A stretch of 64,000 bases of DNA, taken from Camelus dromedarius. Taxonomy: Eukaryota. The first letter of the stretch is position 1; the number at the start of each line of letters is the position of its first letter. The notes beneath the pieces were generated by a model that did no database searches, had not been told where the DNA came from, and saw nothing but the letters and a program-made list of their open reading frames with translations. Of this stretch, positions 37,770 through 52,769 are shown piece by piece. Location: positions 96,784,001-96,848,000 of the forward strand of contig NC_087472.1 in NCBI RefSeq assembly GCF_036321535.1, read 5' to 3'. A program made the position numbers and the translations under genes.

Positions 37770-38225
37770 ACAGTGCAGTGGATTAAAAATGTCCACAAAT
37801 TCCTTGCAGCTCTTCTCACCAAGAGGTAGAGTCTATTTCTCTACTCCTTGAATTTGGACTGGCTTTGTGCATTGCCTTGACCAATATAATACAGTGCAAG
37901 TGTTGCTGTACAACTTCAACCAAGACCTCAAGAGATCTTAAAGATTTTGCTTATGCCTTCTTGGAGCACTGCTGTGCCATATGAAGAAGCTTGAGCCAGC
38001 CTCCAGGAGTCCAGTTGACAGCCAGCACCAACTGCCAGGTGCGTAAGTGAGGCCATCTTGGACCATTCAGTCCCAATTGAGCTGTCAGATGACTGCAGGC
38101 ACACAAGAGACTAGCTGATCACAGCCCATGTTGTCAACCCATAGAACTGAGACCCAATAGAAAGGTGGTTTTAAGCTGTTAAATTTTAAGGTTGTTTGTT
38201 ACACAGCAAAGGTTAACTGAAACCA
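37770..38225. mobile_element. MLT1 LTR
   Basis: AAGAGGTAGAGTCTATTTC and GTTTGTTACACAGCAA motifs. Confidence 0.65.
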
Positions 38226-38483
38226 GTTGGCCATTTGGGTTATTTACACCTGACTTCCATTCTGATTGGTTGTGTTGTCCATTCTGACTGGTCTGTGCTT
38301 TGCTGTACCCATTTAAAAGTATTTAAAAAATCACCTGTGTGGGGTGTATGTGTGTAATAACAACAAATTGGTTTCGTGTATCTATAATGTCTATCCTGCA
38401 GAATAGTGTAGTGGCAGCTTTGGACTTAGATACTCCCCGTCTGTGTGACTGTGTCAGTTAACCTTGTTAAGTCACTATTTCTT

Positions 38484-38645
38484 ATAAATGACAAGTTTCT
38501 TATGTATAGCACAGGGAACTGTATTCAGTATCTTGTGGTAACCTACAATGAAAAAGGCTGAAAACAAATACATGTATGACTGAGACATTATGCTGTACAC
38601 CAGATATTGACACAGCATTGTAAACTGACTATACTTCAATTAAAA
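38484..38645 (+). mobile_element. Short 5'-truncated L1 inside a MIR
   Basis: TSD AAGTCAC(T/C)ATTTCTT on both sides. Confidence 0.8.
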
Positions 38646-40663
38646 AGTCACCATTTCTTCATCTGTAATGAGTAAATAATAATAGTATCCTTCATATGAA
38701 GTAACGTATATTAAGTACCCAGCATAGCCCCTGGCATAATCGTTAACATTATTATTATTAATAGCATATTTTCCCATGTTGCTATCTAAATTAAATATAT
38801 ATATATACATATATATATAATGGCTCCTTTGAGTTCCACTTGTGCAATTTATTCTGTTGTTGAAGATTCAGGGTTTTTTTCAATGATACATAATGCTTTG
38901 AAGAACATCTTTCTCCCCAAGTTTTTACCCAGGTTTCTAATTGTTTCCTTAGATAGATTCCTAGAAGTAAAATTACTAGATGAGCAGAGATATAATTTTG
39001 TTGATCTGGAGCGAGAGAAACACCCTGGGGCTCACTACATGAAAGTGTAATTTGAGATGAGTCTCCAGATGTGCTTGCTCTAGCTTGAATTATCTAAGTT
39101 TTGATAATGTGATAACATCTGTGTTCCACAGGTTGTAATTCTTGGGATGGACTAGAGGTTGGGTCTTTCTCAGGGAGTGGTTTTCTTGCCACATGTGAGT
39201 GATAGCCTATGAGAATGATCAATAAATAAATACAACCAGCCCTCTCCTCTCCTTTTCTCTTCCCTTCTCTTTCCTTTTCCTTTCCTTTCTTTTTGAGAAA
39301 ATGTAATTTAAGGCATGGAAAGCTGTTTCATCATTAGGGGTGGACCATCAAAAATGTAAGACTTCTAAATGTAAAATATTACAAGATTTGAGGCTGCAAT
39401 TAAAAGAGGCCAGTAAGCAATACGTAAAGTATTAATCAGGCCTCTTGTTTGCAAGTGGTGGTACCCAGTTCTATCCTGCTTAGGCAAGAGGGGAATTCAC
39501 TGCTCACTGCAGGAAGCACAGGTATGACAGGAACCAGGACCTTGTGGTACATCTGAAATATATGTTGAGAGAGAGAAAAGATTGTACTAGACAGCTATTT
39601 GTTTCCCAGAACAGCATTTTCTGCTTTTGAAAAATTACTTTCCCTCTATATCCAACTAAGTAGTTATCCGTAGTCAGGGGGCTGCCAATCAGAACCTGGC
39701 ACTCCTTTGGTCAATATTGTGACCCAAGCCATGACAATCAGAATTTTTTCTCATTGACACCAAGAAAGTCCTTTCCTTTCTGCTGTTCCATCTGGGAAGT
39801 TGTGGAAGTCTGAGACAGTGACTTTGACCTGCCAGAAAAGACTGACCACCTTTGGGTTTCTGGTTCTGCACAGCTGCAGCAGAGATGGCCTGTATCCTCC
39901 CAACTACCACTGTTGCCTACTTTTGACCTTCTCACCTTCCCCTCTCCCCAAACCACCACCATTACACATACCTGTGAGAAAAAAGGGAGCCAAATGGTCA
40001 TAAAGTCCCCTTTCCACTTACCACAGAAAGAAGTGGGGATAAGAAGCTTCCTAGCCAGGGATGGAGATTGGGGGTGGTAAATGCCGAAATAAGAGTGATC
40101 ATATTTTAATTCCCAGGAATGTGCCCAGCTGTGCTCATTTCTGACCCTTACCACAAAGAATGTCTATAGCAAACTAAAGAGTGAAAAGCTGTATTGGTAG
40201 ACTGGAGCAGAGACATTCTTCTGTTGTCAGGAGTCATCTCAAGCCACCCCTGTCTATTTAGAAGATGAAATCTATTTGCTATCCTAGCCTGAATCCATCC
40301 CAGGCTGTTACTCTTACAATCCCTGGGGGCTCTTGCTGAGGATCATAAAAAATTGTGGTGGAGGGACCACTGAGACCTTTGGTTGAAGTTTAAGAGATGT
40401 GACCATGCCTCCTTTCTTCCTGTCTAGTGCCCCTTGTGAGGAGGTTAGAACATTGGCAGTTGTACTAAGTCCACAGAGATTGCCCTCTGGAAACCAGGCA
40501 TAGAGGCTGAGTGACTTTTAAGAAAGACATGGATATATTCCAAGGCTAAGAGTGGTCTTGTTGGTCCAAGAGCCTTTGCTGTCTACCACGAACACTTTCT
40601 ATCTCAAGATTCTATAACAGAAAGGTAGTTATTTCAAACCCAATTGTATCATAGCACCCCTTT

Positions 40664-42255
40664 TGTATTAGTTATCTATTGCCACAAAACAAATTACCAC
40701 AAACTTAGTGGCTTAAATTACATGCATTTATTATTACAGTTTCTGTGGTTCGGGAGTTCAGACATGGCTTAGCTGGGTCTTTTACTCAAGGTGTCAGCCA
40801 GGCTTCATTCTCGTGTGGAGGTGTGGCCAAGGAAGAATCCACTTGCAAGCTCAAGTTGTTAGCATTGGCAGAATTTATTTCCTTGACTGAAAGCCTTGGC
40901 TTCTTAATGACTGTTGGTTGTGGCCACCCATGGTTTCTGGAAGCTGCCTGCAGTTTCTTGTCATGTGGTCTTACCTATTATGGCTGTTTACTTCATCAAG
41001 CCAGCAAGGAGAGTGTCTGGAATAGTCTGCTAGCAAGATAGAGTCATTTTTTTTTCTGAAAAAAAAAAAAAAAAAAAAGAAAACGACGTAACAAAATTTA
41101 CGATCTTAGCCATTTTGACGTGTACAGTACAGTAGTGTTAGCTATACGCATATTGTTGTATAACAGATCTCTGGAACTTTTTCATCTTGTAAAACTGAAA
41201 CTCTGTGCCCATGGAACAACTCCCTTTCCCCTTCCCCCAGCCCTCTGGTAACCACCATTCTAATTTCTGTCTCTAGGAGTTGGACTACTTTAGATACCTC
41301 ATATAAGTGGAATCATATGGTATCATTTTGTGACTGACTTATTTCACTTAGCATAATGTCCTCAAGGTTTATCCATACTGTAGCCTGTGAAAAAATTTCC
41401 TTCTCTTTCAAGGCTGAATAATATTCCATTTTATGTGTATACCAGATTTCTTTATCTATTCATCCATTGATGGACATTTAGGTTTCTTATACCTCTTGAC
41501 TATGGTGAATAATGGTGTAATGAATATAGGTGTGCAAATCTCTCTTCAAGATCCTGTTTTTAATTCTTTTGGGTATGTACCCAGACGTGAGATTTCTGGG
41601 TCATATGATAGTTCTATATTTAATTTTTTGAGGAACCTCCATACTGTTTTCCATTGAGTCTGCCCCATTTTACATTCCCACCAACAGTGCACAAGGGTTC
41701 TTTTTTCTCCACATCTGTACTTGCACTTGTTATTTTCTAGTTGGTTTTTTTTTTTGATAGCAGTCATACTAACAAGTGTGAGGTGATACCTCATTGTGAT
41801 TTTGATTTGCATTTCTCTGATTATTAGTGATATTGAGCATTTTTTCATGTGCTTGTTGGCCTTTTTTTTTTGAAAAAATATATATTAAAGTCCTTTGCCC
41901 ATTTAAAAATCAGGTTATTTGTTTTGTTGTTGTTGTTGTTGACCTGTAGGAGTTCTTTTCTGTACTTTGGATATTAACTTCTTAACTGATATGTGGTTTG
42001 CAAATACTCTCTCCCATTCAATAGGTTGCCTTTTTCACTCTGTTGATTGTTTCCTCTGATGTGCAGATGCATTCCCATTTGTTATTTTTTGCTTTTGTTG
42101 CCTGGCAAGAGAGAGTTTTACATAATGTAACATAATCATGGGAGTGATATCTTATCACCCTCACCATATTCTCTTAGTTAAAAGGGAGTCACAGATCTTG
42201 ACACAAAGGTGTAAACACCAGGAGGCAGGATCATGGGGCCACTTTGGAGTCTATC
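40664..42255. mobile_element. MLT1 LTR split by an L1 fragment (~41045-42105, minus strand)
   Basis: The LTR resumes after GCAAGA(T/G)AGAG; ORF2 C-terminal ORF 41546-41848. Confidence 0.75.
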
Positions 42256-45200
42256 TGCATTTAAATGGCAATAATAACCTGCTTCTTGTTCAACATTTAA
42301 CAAACATTCGTTAAGGTCTGTTTTCCTCCCAAGCATTGTACTTGAGGAGTGCTGAAATAAATATGGCATAGTTTGCGCCCTCCAGAGACTTAACAGTTAA
42401 ACATTACAGGCCCTTATTGTTCTAGTTATAGTTGGAAGGGATCTAGCCTTCTGGAGAAAAAGGACAGGAACAATCAAAACTGAGGGGCAGATACACAATT
42501 TGTCATCCCTTCAGGGTGACCTACCTCCTCCAGGCAGCCCTCCCTCTCTCCCCTTGTGAAGTCATGTGCAAAGGGAACACTCCTGCCCATCACTCAGCTC
42601 AGGGATCAAGGCTCTAACTCCTCATAAATGATTGGGAAATCTGAAAAGTGCAGTTAGCCATCCTGAGACCTCCTGAAGTATCAGCTCTTTGAATCTGGGC
42701 ATGGCAGTTACTCAATAAGATCATAGGAAATAATTGCCTGTTAGTGCACAAAGTGTAAGACACCCCCTCTTTTCCCTATGCCTCCTGGGTCCACGCAATA
42801 GATTTTAAAGTTCAGAATCCAGTTTACCAATCCTTGTACCATTCATAAACTGGCAATTAAATGTTAACAGTGAATTTGGGAAAATAGAGGATACTTCAAA
42901 GAAGGAAACGCAAGGGAGTGAACTCCACCCAAATCAGCAGCCTCTGTTTGTCCTGAGGAACAAGGAACAGACCCACTTTCCGGCCCTGGTATGAGTGGAT
43001 GTTGGGCATATTCTGCTGGAGACAACAGAGGTTATTACCTGAGAACTCATTCAGGAGGTAGAGGATGTGGGAATGAGTCATGCCTTTTGGGGTGATGATA
43101 GAAGGAGAAGCGTGCAAGAAGATCAAAAGGTGACCCAGGGCCATAGGGTTGGGAGAACTGTAATACATTTTAAGTCTCCTTAAAAGATTAATTATAGGAG
43201 GGTGCTATAGGAGAGGAAGAAATGAGATAGATGTGCAGTAGCATTTCTTAGTGCCTACTATGAGTGGTATGTCTTGCTTGGCATTTTACAGATGTGATTT
43301 CATTTAGTCTTAGTTTTCTTGTATTATTACTTATTTTTAACATATATCCTGCTTTGTTATCGAAATTCTGTTGAATTAAAAAGATATTTGTTGTTATACT
43401 AAAAAAAAGGGTTAATTATACATTTCCATTCCAGAGCTTCAGGGAACACCGGGAATAAAATCAGCAATTTAAATAAAATTGGCCTGGATGAATATAATTT
43501 GGAAGAACAGGGTTTTTTTCTGTCTTTAAAGCCCTCCAACCTCTATTGTTGAGATGTCTGTCATCATAGAAGCATAGAGTATTAGCGATTCTCTAGTCCA
43601 AATTCCTTATTTAATAACTAAGAAAACTGAAGCCCAGAGAGGGTAAAGTACTTGTCCAAAGTCACACAGCTGAAAGTGGCAGAGTCAGAAATACAGCTGG
43701 GGTCTCCTGACCATTAGTCAAGACATCTTTTACTACACCACTGTGTAATTATAGTCCTCACAGATCTTCTGGCCAAAAAGGAAAATTAAAAAACAGACAT
43801 TGTATCAAATACTATCCTAAGGCTGGAGCTCAGGTAAAAAACTGTAAATATTCAACACATTTGGTCCACATCTCACAAATTAAGTTTCACTAGTGTATGC
43901 CTTGTTTTATTACAGAAAAGAATGCTTGCTCTTGACAGTTCCAGTCTCCCCAATTTCTTCCTCTTCCTGAGCCTTCTTTCTCTGCCTTGCACCCCTGACC
44001 CCCATCCCAAGAACGGGACTGATAAGTAGGACTCTGCAATAGGAATCAGGAATGCCTACTGAGACAACTATAAACAATTAGCTTCCTAGGAGATCCCCCA
44101 CACCCTAGGAGGCTGCAGGAAGCTGCCCCCATCCAGACTCCTTCACAGGAGGATTCCAGAGGCTGTAAGGACTCTCTGCTCATGGAGGAGTCCTCTATGA
44201 ACATCTAGTCAGTGAACCTGGGGCATCACCATACCATCCTTCTTTCTGAGATGAGCACTGTCCCACTACTTTGAAAGTGGTCCACAGTTCTTCATTTATA
44301 TTCTTCCCTCATAGGTAGAATGCACACTTATCATCTGGCAAGAAGAGTGGGTTTTCCCATTCAAGCAAGTGACTTAGAGAATGCCAGCCTGTTGGCTTGA
44401 AGCCAAAGGGTAATTGACTCAGAAAATACTTTTTGGAGGGTGGAGCTGAGTGCACTTGTGTGGCAGAAAAAGCAGGGACTTTTGAGGCCAGGCAGGCCTA
44501 GATGCAAAGCCAGCACTGTCAGTTACCAGCTGTGTGATTTTGGACAAGGTTCTTGCAGCTCATTGTGCTTATATGTCGGATAGAGTTAACCTTCTCCTAG
44601 GGTTGTGAATATTAAATACTGTTGTAAAGTCCTTTGTAAAGTGCCTAGAATATAGTATGAGCCCTCTAAATGTTTATTCCTTTCTGTCTTCTTGTGAAAT
44701 AAAGATTATAAGAGTTTTTGGATTAGGAAGAATAATTGTTAATGGTCCAATGGGGAGAGAGAAGGATTTGTCCCTAAACCTGTTTTCTTCCTGCCCTTAC
44801 ACAGAATCATTCGCTTATTCATTGACCTTTGTCACAAAGCTTTACGTCTCTCATGAATAATAAATGTGCGATGATTCTGTTAATGTTTGCCAACCCAAGA
44901 GGCCTGCTCCAGTATCATAGAATCAGGAATCATCACAGAGGCTGGGTAATCAGTATTGTAATCCCTATTGCACTCTGCCTGGAGTTTTTTATCTGCCGAG
45001 CCAGACATCATGTGGACAATCCAATCCAGAGCACATCATCTAGGATAAATTATTTACAATCCTGTCTCCCTTTAGAAATGGACCTCATCTGTGACCTAAT
45101 TAACATTCCAACTATAAACTACATGTGGAGACTCTTTTTTGAAGAAGCAGGCTTAGTGAAAATAGGAGAACATGTTGAAAAGGCATTATGCAGAACATAA

Positions 45201-45469
45201 TAATTCACACAACTTTTTCTCCCTTCTCTCTTTTACTGGTATTTGACCATTATACGAACTAGAGGGAAATTATGCAGGTATATAGTGCTTAGAATCTGGG
45301 CAGGACAGCAGATAGAACAATGTCCCAAACTTTCTTTCAGTACCTAGTCTGAAGCCATGGTAAAAACAAAAAGCTACTGAAGAGCTGTAAATAGTGGTTA
45401 AGCACTCTTCATTTACCTTCAGTAATATATAACAATGTAACACAATTTACAATTTTATAATTCTCCTAC

Positions 45470-46310
45470 TCAACTTTCAGAATGTTCCAAATTTGTTGAA
45501 AACTACAAACATATCCAAGAATCTCAGCGAATGCCAAGCAGCATAAACACAAAGAGAACCACATCAAGCCACTGCAGAATCAAATTTCTCAAAACTATTG
45601 ATACAGAGAAAATCTTAAAGTTGATATTCATCACCGGTTCTTCATCAAAAACAATGCAAACCAGAAGATGGTGGAACATCTTTAAAGCATTGGAAGAAAA
45701 ACACTGTCAACCCAGAATCCATTGATAATGTCCTTCAAAGATGAAGGCAAAATGAAGACATTTCAGATATGCTGAAGCCAAGAGCATTCATTGCTAGTGA
45801 ACTTGTACCACAAGAAATGCTAAAGGAAGTTCTTCAGGATGAAGGAAGATGATATCAGATATACATAAGAATCTATGCAAAGGAATGAAGAGTACCAGAA
45901 ATGGTAAGTCTGTGGGTAATATGAAAAACATTTTTCTTGTTTTTAATGTCTTTAAAAGATAATTAACTGCTTAAAGTAAGAATGACAACAGTATATTATG
46001 GGATTGATAACATTTGTAGAAGTAGAATGTATGAGCACAAAGAATGGGGGAGACGGGATGGAAGTATATTGTTATAAGATTCCTTCATTATATGTTAAAT
46101 GTTATAACATTTAAAGGTAGACTGTGAGAAGTTAAAGATGCATATTGTAAAGCCTAGAGCAATCACTAAAATTTAAAGGTACAGCCAATAAGTCAATAGA
46201 GGAGATAAAATGGTTTCATAAAAAATAGTCCAAGGGAAGATAGGAAAGGAGGGGAAAAGGAATAAAGAACAACAACAACAAAAAGGAATAAAGAACAGGT
46301 GGGACAAGCA
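45470..46310 (+). mobile_element. Ancient L1M ORF1 remnant
   Basis: PSSINTKRTT...WWNIFKALEEKHCQPRI resembles ORF1p. Confidence 0.7.
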
Positions 46311-46842
46311 GAAGTGTAGGACTACTGTTGTTTCTGATATGCCTATCAGGTAAGAAATCACCAGTGGAAACTCCCCAAACAACTTATATTTACCTCTCAA
46401 AATTGGAATGAGCTGAAGAATTAGTAAGTAAACATGATATCCAGACTCTCACAAATGGAATTAAATAGTTTTTGTTGATGATAACATCAGTTATATTCTA
46501 ATTCATTCAGCATTGAAGTCAGTTCTGTTTATCGTGATAAAAGAGATAATTTTGGTTCAGAAATGCACAACTTAGATTCTAAAGAAGTAACAGATCAGGC
46601 AAATGAGTGTTGAGAAAGGAGACCTGAGGTACTCAATGCTCTCACGTTTAGGATGGTTGCATGACTTGAGTGTGGCATTAGAAATGAGTGAATTAGGATA
46701 GCCTCTGAAAGTGAAACTTAAAACCAAGCAGAGATATGCAAACTGTATCCATTCCAGGCCAGTTAATATTTGGCTATAAACTGATTGAATGTATTAAGAT
46801 AACTAAATAGAGAAAATATATCTTATAACAAACTTGATCATT

Positions 46843-47412
46843 GTATCAGTTAGGAATGCTTTTGACTACAGCTAACAGAATAACCTACTTATAGTAGCCT
46901 AAACCATAAAAACTTAAAAGAAACTCAATTAGAAACCTGGAGATAGTCAGTTCCAGGGCTAGTTCAGCCATTAATCATGTTATCAAGGACCTGGGCTTTT
47001 AAAACCCTTCCGCTCTGCCAGTCATCCTCAACTCATCTCATGAATGTAAAAGGGCTGTGATAGCTCCAAGCATCATGTCCTCACATCAGCATCCTAAGCA
47101 GGGGAGGAAAGGTTGTGGGCAAACATCTTTCTTCTACTGAGGCTCTGTCTTTTTATCTGGGAAGCAAATCTTTCCCAGAATACCCCAGATGTCTTCCCTT
47201 TATGTCTTACAGGACAGTACTGGGTAATGTGGCGGCAAGGGAGGCTGGGTCAGTGAGTATTTGGCAAAGGGGAACAGAGATGATATGTTTGGCCAAGACA
47301 AATTGTGCTTCTTTCTTTGAGGTTGGGCACATTGCTGCCCAGAACAAAATTGGGATTCTGTTAGCAAGGAATTAGAAGGGAATGCCTATAGGGTAGGCAA
47401 CTGAAGGTGTCT
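46843..47412. mobile_element. MLT1 LTR
   Basis: TGTATCAGTTAGGAATGC start and typical MLT1 body. Confidence 0.6.
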
Positions 47413-48214
47413 ACTAGGAGCAGTCATGGATGCATAGGAAAAGAATCTCAGAGACCAAAAGTAGCACCATTCGCTCTGGCACTGTGCTGAAACAAGAATA
47501 CCCTGATGCAAGAACTCCAAGTTGAATCATGAGATGGGTCTTTGCATATTATAGAAATGAATACGTCAGTCTCTCCTTATTCATTCATTCATTTCACAGA
47601 TTTTTATTGAGTTAGGTGTTGTTATAGTCTCTGGAATTTTAGTCATGGAAAAATCAGACAAAAATTTTTGCCCTCATGGCGCTTACTTTCTAATCAATGT
47701 GTCCTAGCTAAATGCAACCGATTCCATGATCATCAGTAAATTTTCTGATTATTACTGGATTTCTCATGGTCACTAGGCAGTCCCACATTTCATTGTGAGC
47801 TAAGAATTTGAGATTCTTATTTCATTTATCAGTCTCTTGGTTGATGTGAGTCTTCCTAAGGACACAGAGTCACCTCTAGTGAAGTGACAAATCAAGTTCC
47901 TGACTTGCGTATCTGCGGGCCAGTACCTGAACCATGGTAAATTCAACAAGGTGTTTCAACCCTGTGAGCAATTGTGGCAGACAGAGAGACTCACAGCTTT
48001 CTCCAATTAATACCCCAATAGTGCATGTTTCTCCTATTTGGAATGTTTAGACTTACTCATATGTGTGAAAGGGATACAAGAAATAAATATTAAATGATAA
48101 GCTTTTAAATCTATCAAAAAAGGAGTACTGACCTTAAAACTGTGATTTGTACAATGTATTATGAACTGATTGGATTCAAATTCCTCCTCAGAGGATTCAA
48201 GCTTAAAAAAATGT

Positions 48215-48845
48215 CCTATTGATGAACATTTAGATTGTTTCCCTTTTCCCCCATCATTTCAAACAATGCTATTATGAAATATTCTTGTATATATCCTTGA
48301 GTACAGGAACAGTAATTTGTAGGGTATTTGCCTAGAACTGGAATGCTGGGCCAAAGGGTACATGCAGGTTCAACTTTACAAAACAGAGCCAAATTTTTCT
48401 CCAAAGTGATTCTGCCAATTCACAACTTCTCCTAGCAGTGAATGAGAATTCTCAGTGCTCTCTATCGTTACCAACAGTTGGTAATTTCACTTCTTGGTTT
48501 TTGCTTATCTGATGGGTATGAAATGATGTTTTATTGTGGTTTGAATTTGATTAATGTGATATTGATGTTTTCAACAGTATGTTTATTGGCCATATATTGT
48601 TTCTTCTACTTGAATTGCCACTTCATGACGTTTATCCACTTTTGGTTGGTTTCTTTATCTTTTCTTACTCATTTGTAGTAACCCTTTTATATAATTTATT
48701 ATTCCAGTTCCACATCCCTCTTTTTTTATTATTGTTGCAGACATGTACCACATCTGTGGCTAGGATTTTTGTTGTTGTTGTTAATAGTGTCTTTGGCTAT
48801 ATGCAAGTTTTTCAATTTAAAGCAGTCAGATTTATCAATCCATTT
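48215..48845 (-). mobile_element. Old L1 fragment
   Basis: Degenerate ORF2-end motifs. Confidence 0.65.
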
Positions 48846-50149
48846 TGAACTAAGACTATGTTATTAGGTGCAAGTTTAGAATTTTTATATTTTCATGGTG
48901 AATTTTTCCTATTCTCATGTTTGTGCCTCTTTATCTTTATAGTGCTTTTAAATTTAATTTTCTGATGAAATATACACAGCTAACACACCTTTATTTTTTT
49001 AAATATTTACCTGATATGTCTTTTCTCCTAATCTTGACTTTTGACAGGCCAGCAGGAATGGTCCACCCCAGTTGCAGAAAATAAGGGCCCTGTAGCCCCA
49101 GTGTCAGCTTGCATCTGGTTTTGAATTTCATGCTTGTTACTGTCCCCTTATCACTTACTGCTTCCATGGTGGACAGGACTAAAGGTGGGATAAGGATGAT
49201 ATGTATGTAAGGATCTAGCCAATAAATGAGGCAGACTCAGATCCACCTGAAAGGATCAAATGAAATAGTAGTAAGTTCTGCATCTATTTTTGTGAAAACA
49301 CAGTGGCAAGAAGTAGAAAGGAAGTTTCCTTATTCCCTGGCTTGAGATAGAAAAGAATCCTAGATTAGGAAAATTGACATTCAGAGATACGGTTCTGAAA
49401 TGACAAATTTCAAAACATTTTGTTTACAGTATGTTGAGGAGCCATTTGATGATAACCCATTGATTAAGTTAGAATCATGTGTCATTACTTTATAATAAAG
49501 TAAAAATTAACTGTAGAATACATTTGTCCGCGTGAGGAAAGAAACCAGAAAAGGAGAAATATTGGCTGAAGGCCTGGAAAATGCTGAATATGTACATGAC
49601 AGGGGAACTTGAGGATTACGATTTGAGGCCTCGTGATCATCTAGTTTTCTAGATGACTTCTCATGCCCAGTTTGGTTTCTCTGACTCTGCAGAATCCTCT
49701 GATTCCCACAGCAATTGCTATTATACATGGTTGGGAGCATGAGTCTACTTCCCCAGATGGACCTGCATCAGTTTTCAGGGCAAGTCTGGGGTATAAGACT
49801 ATGCCCTCTGCTGGAGGAAACCACTCACTGCGGGTCTGGTAATAGTTGGGAAATCCTTGCTAGCCTTTTTGATTTGGGGGAAGTTACTTAATGCCTCTAA
49901 ACCCCGATTTTCCTTATCTATAAAATGGGAATAATATGAATACTGATCTCCTATGGTTGTTGTGAGGATTAAAGAAGGTAATTGAGCAATAAGGGCTTAA
50001 TAATTAATATTATCCCTACTACTATTCTCTCTTTGTTCAACAAATATTGATTATACATTTTCAACATTTTAGGCACTTAAATAAGTACTCAAAACTTGGT
50101 GGCTATCATACTGCTCTTTAGTCATTTTGCCAATCCATTTTATTATATG

Positions 50150-50750
50150 ATTACAAGGTATCAGGCACGAATGCCAGGTGTAGGAGCCACAGCAGACAAG
50201 ATGTTGGGGCAAGGAAAAGCAACTTTCTTCGGAAAGCTAGCAAACCCAGAAGATAGCGGACTACTGTCCTAAAGAACCATCTTCACTCAGAATAGAATTC
50301 AGGCTTCTTTTATGCTAAGGGAAAAGGGGAAGTGGGAGGGGAGGGTTCAAGATTAAAGGGTAAAAGTGGAGTGCAGACTTCTTGGAGACATCTGGCCTTC
50401 AAGGGAAGCATAACATTTCTTCGTTCTTCTGTTTGCTCATGTAGGCTAGATTACAAAGCTCCTGCGAAAACTTCAAGTTGTTAGCGGTTATTTTTACTTT
50501 ACCATTCTTATCTCTGCTTATTAGCAAGGTTTCTAGGCTGAAAGCAAAGCTATCTACAACAGGTAGTAGCCATAACTAACCCAGGACTGTGGGATGGGAA
50601 CTTTCTTCAGGGAACTTAATGAGCTATTTGGGCACAAGGACCATTTCTCTAATATTTAACTCGTTGTGCCCAGGGTTAAAGTAATAGAATACATAAGCCG
50701 AAGAATGAGAGAGGTGGTTTCAACATGGTGTTCTTTTCTTCTTCTGTTAC
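50150..50750. mobile_element. ERV-type LTR
   Basis: AAAGAACCATCTT...TTCAGGCTTCTTTTATGCT motifs; ends TGTTACA. Confidence 0.5.
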
Positions 50751-52402
50751 ACCTTTCCTTTTCCCTTTCCTTTCCCAGAACCTAGTAAACTAGGGGGAAA
50801 GTTCCACTGAAGTACTAGGAGAACAACTCTGCTATAACAAGAGAAAAGAATATAGACACAAAGCAGCGCAGACCAAGACATCCACTCCAGCCTTTCCAGG
50901 AGACACCAGAAGGAAGTAGTAGACTCGTCTTTCCTCAGCCCACAGGGAAATCTCAGCCCTTCAAACTTCTTTTGTTCTTTAGCCTTCAGCAGGGCATTAG
51001 TCATCCAGTTCCTTCTGGATGAGACAGACCAGGGGGTAGAAAAGGATGGAGAATTTCCTTGGGCTTGAAACCTGCAAATAGGTAGAAGAGAGAAGAAAAG
51101 AAAGAAGCCTTTACTTACCATGGTCCTCCCTCGAAATAATAAGCTACAAAAAACAAGTCAGACCTTTCCCACTGCCAACATTCACGCATTATATAATGCT
51201 ACAAAGAGTTGCTGTCTCTTTCCCTATTAAATGCCCAGTTCTGTTAATTAAGCTTTCGTAGGTGGTGCCAGATCCCAGGAATAGGAATGGGACAGGGAGG
51301 AAAAAACAATCCTTTATGGCAATAAGAAAAAGTTATTTTGAATTTAAAAACATCTCGAAGGGGTTAGATTAATGCATGGATAATAGACTGATTGAATTAA
51401 ATTTTGCATGCATTTGATAGGTGTACTTGACTTGAACAAACATGGCATATGGAGGAGATGGTTTGGAGGTTTGGCTACCTGGGGGCAAAGTTCATGTTAG
51501 CAAGCAATGACTCTCCCTCAGGGATCTGGTGCTCAGCTCAGAACTATCCTGAGAGAGGCACGTTACTTCTCCCAGAGCATGGAACTGTGTCCTCTGAGAA
51601 TGCAGCAAAAGGGATGTCTTGCTTATGCAACTCACTTCCGCTGAGGACACAGCCCTAGTTGCCTCCAGCGTAAGTTTCATCTGGGTGGGTAGTGATGGTG
51701 ACACTGCTAGGTCACTTAGGGAACTCTATTGCTGGGAAATGAGCACCGGGCCGTTGGTACGCTGATACATTGATACCTGGCTACCTTCCATGGGTACCTT
51801 TAATTAAAGTGATGTACTTTAATTAGCCAGGTATGTATGATAATGTGAGACAAAAGGACAAACATGTTCCTGTTTAGTTGTTTAGAAACTGTTCTTAGCC
51901 TCTTTATAAAAAGTTCAGTTATGAAACTGGAAAATTCAATTTGGGTAATTTAGTGTCTTTTTCGCTAAGGGAAGAACTCTCTCAAGTGTCACCTCCTCTC
52001 TGTGGCTTTACAGGCCACTACCCTGTCTCCTCACCATGACTCCTCCAACACTCCATCCAGCAGAATGCATCATTTATATTGCTTCCTCTGAGATCTTATG
52101 GCACATTATTCATTGGAGCAGTTATCACAGTGCATTTGATCACATCTTTGTGTTTTCTCTCTGGGTGATGGATTCCATGAGGTCAGGAAATCTCTCTGTT
52201 TGATCTTTGCAGCCTCGGCACCCAGCAAAACACCTGGCATATAGTAGGTACTCAATAAATGGATTAAATTAAATTGATATATTTTCCCTATTGATAATTT
52301 TTAAACAATTTAAGATGGAATTCATCAGAAAAATTCTTCATATTCATTACTTTTACTTTCTCTAACTCAGATGTTAGAGACTCTTGGTCAAATAAAAACC
52401 CA

Positions 52403-52540
52403 GGAGGGTATAGCTAAAGTGGTAGAGTGCATGTTTAGTATACACAAGGTCCTGGGTTCAATCCCCAGCACTTCCTCTAAAACTAAATAAGTAAACCTAA
52501 TTACCTCCCCACTAAAAATTTTTTAAAAAATTAAAAAAAA
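52403..52540 (+). mobile_element. tRNA-derived SINE, Vic-1-like (camelid)
   Basis: A box TAGCTAAAGTGG, B box GGTTCAATCC, A-rich tail, TSD AAAAACCCA. Confidence 0.8.
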
Positions 52541-52769
52541 AACCCACCCCCAGAACTGGTTTGCAGGCGATTCTGAAAAGAGGCTGAGAGAAGATGGATG
52601 AGGGAGGAAGCAGACTCCTTGTGGGGTAGGGTCAGAAAGAGAAAGTGAAGAATCAAAAGAGAAGAGAAAGGGAAGTGGAGAATTAAAACCAGATTTGACT
52701 GACTTCGGATGAGATCAGTCATAGGGTTATATGCCTGAGGATAATTTAGGTATAAAAAGCAAAGATACA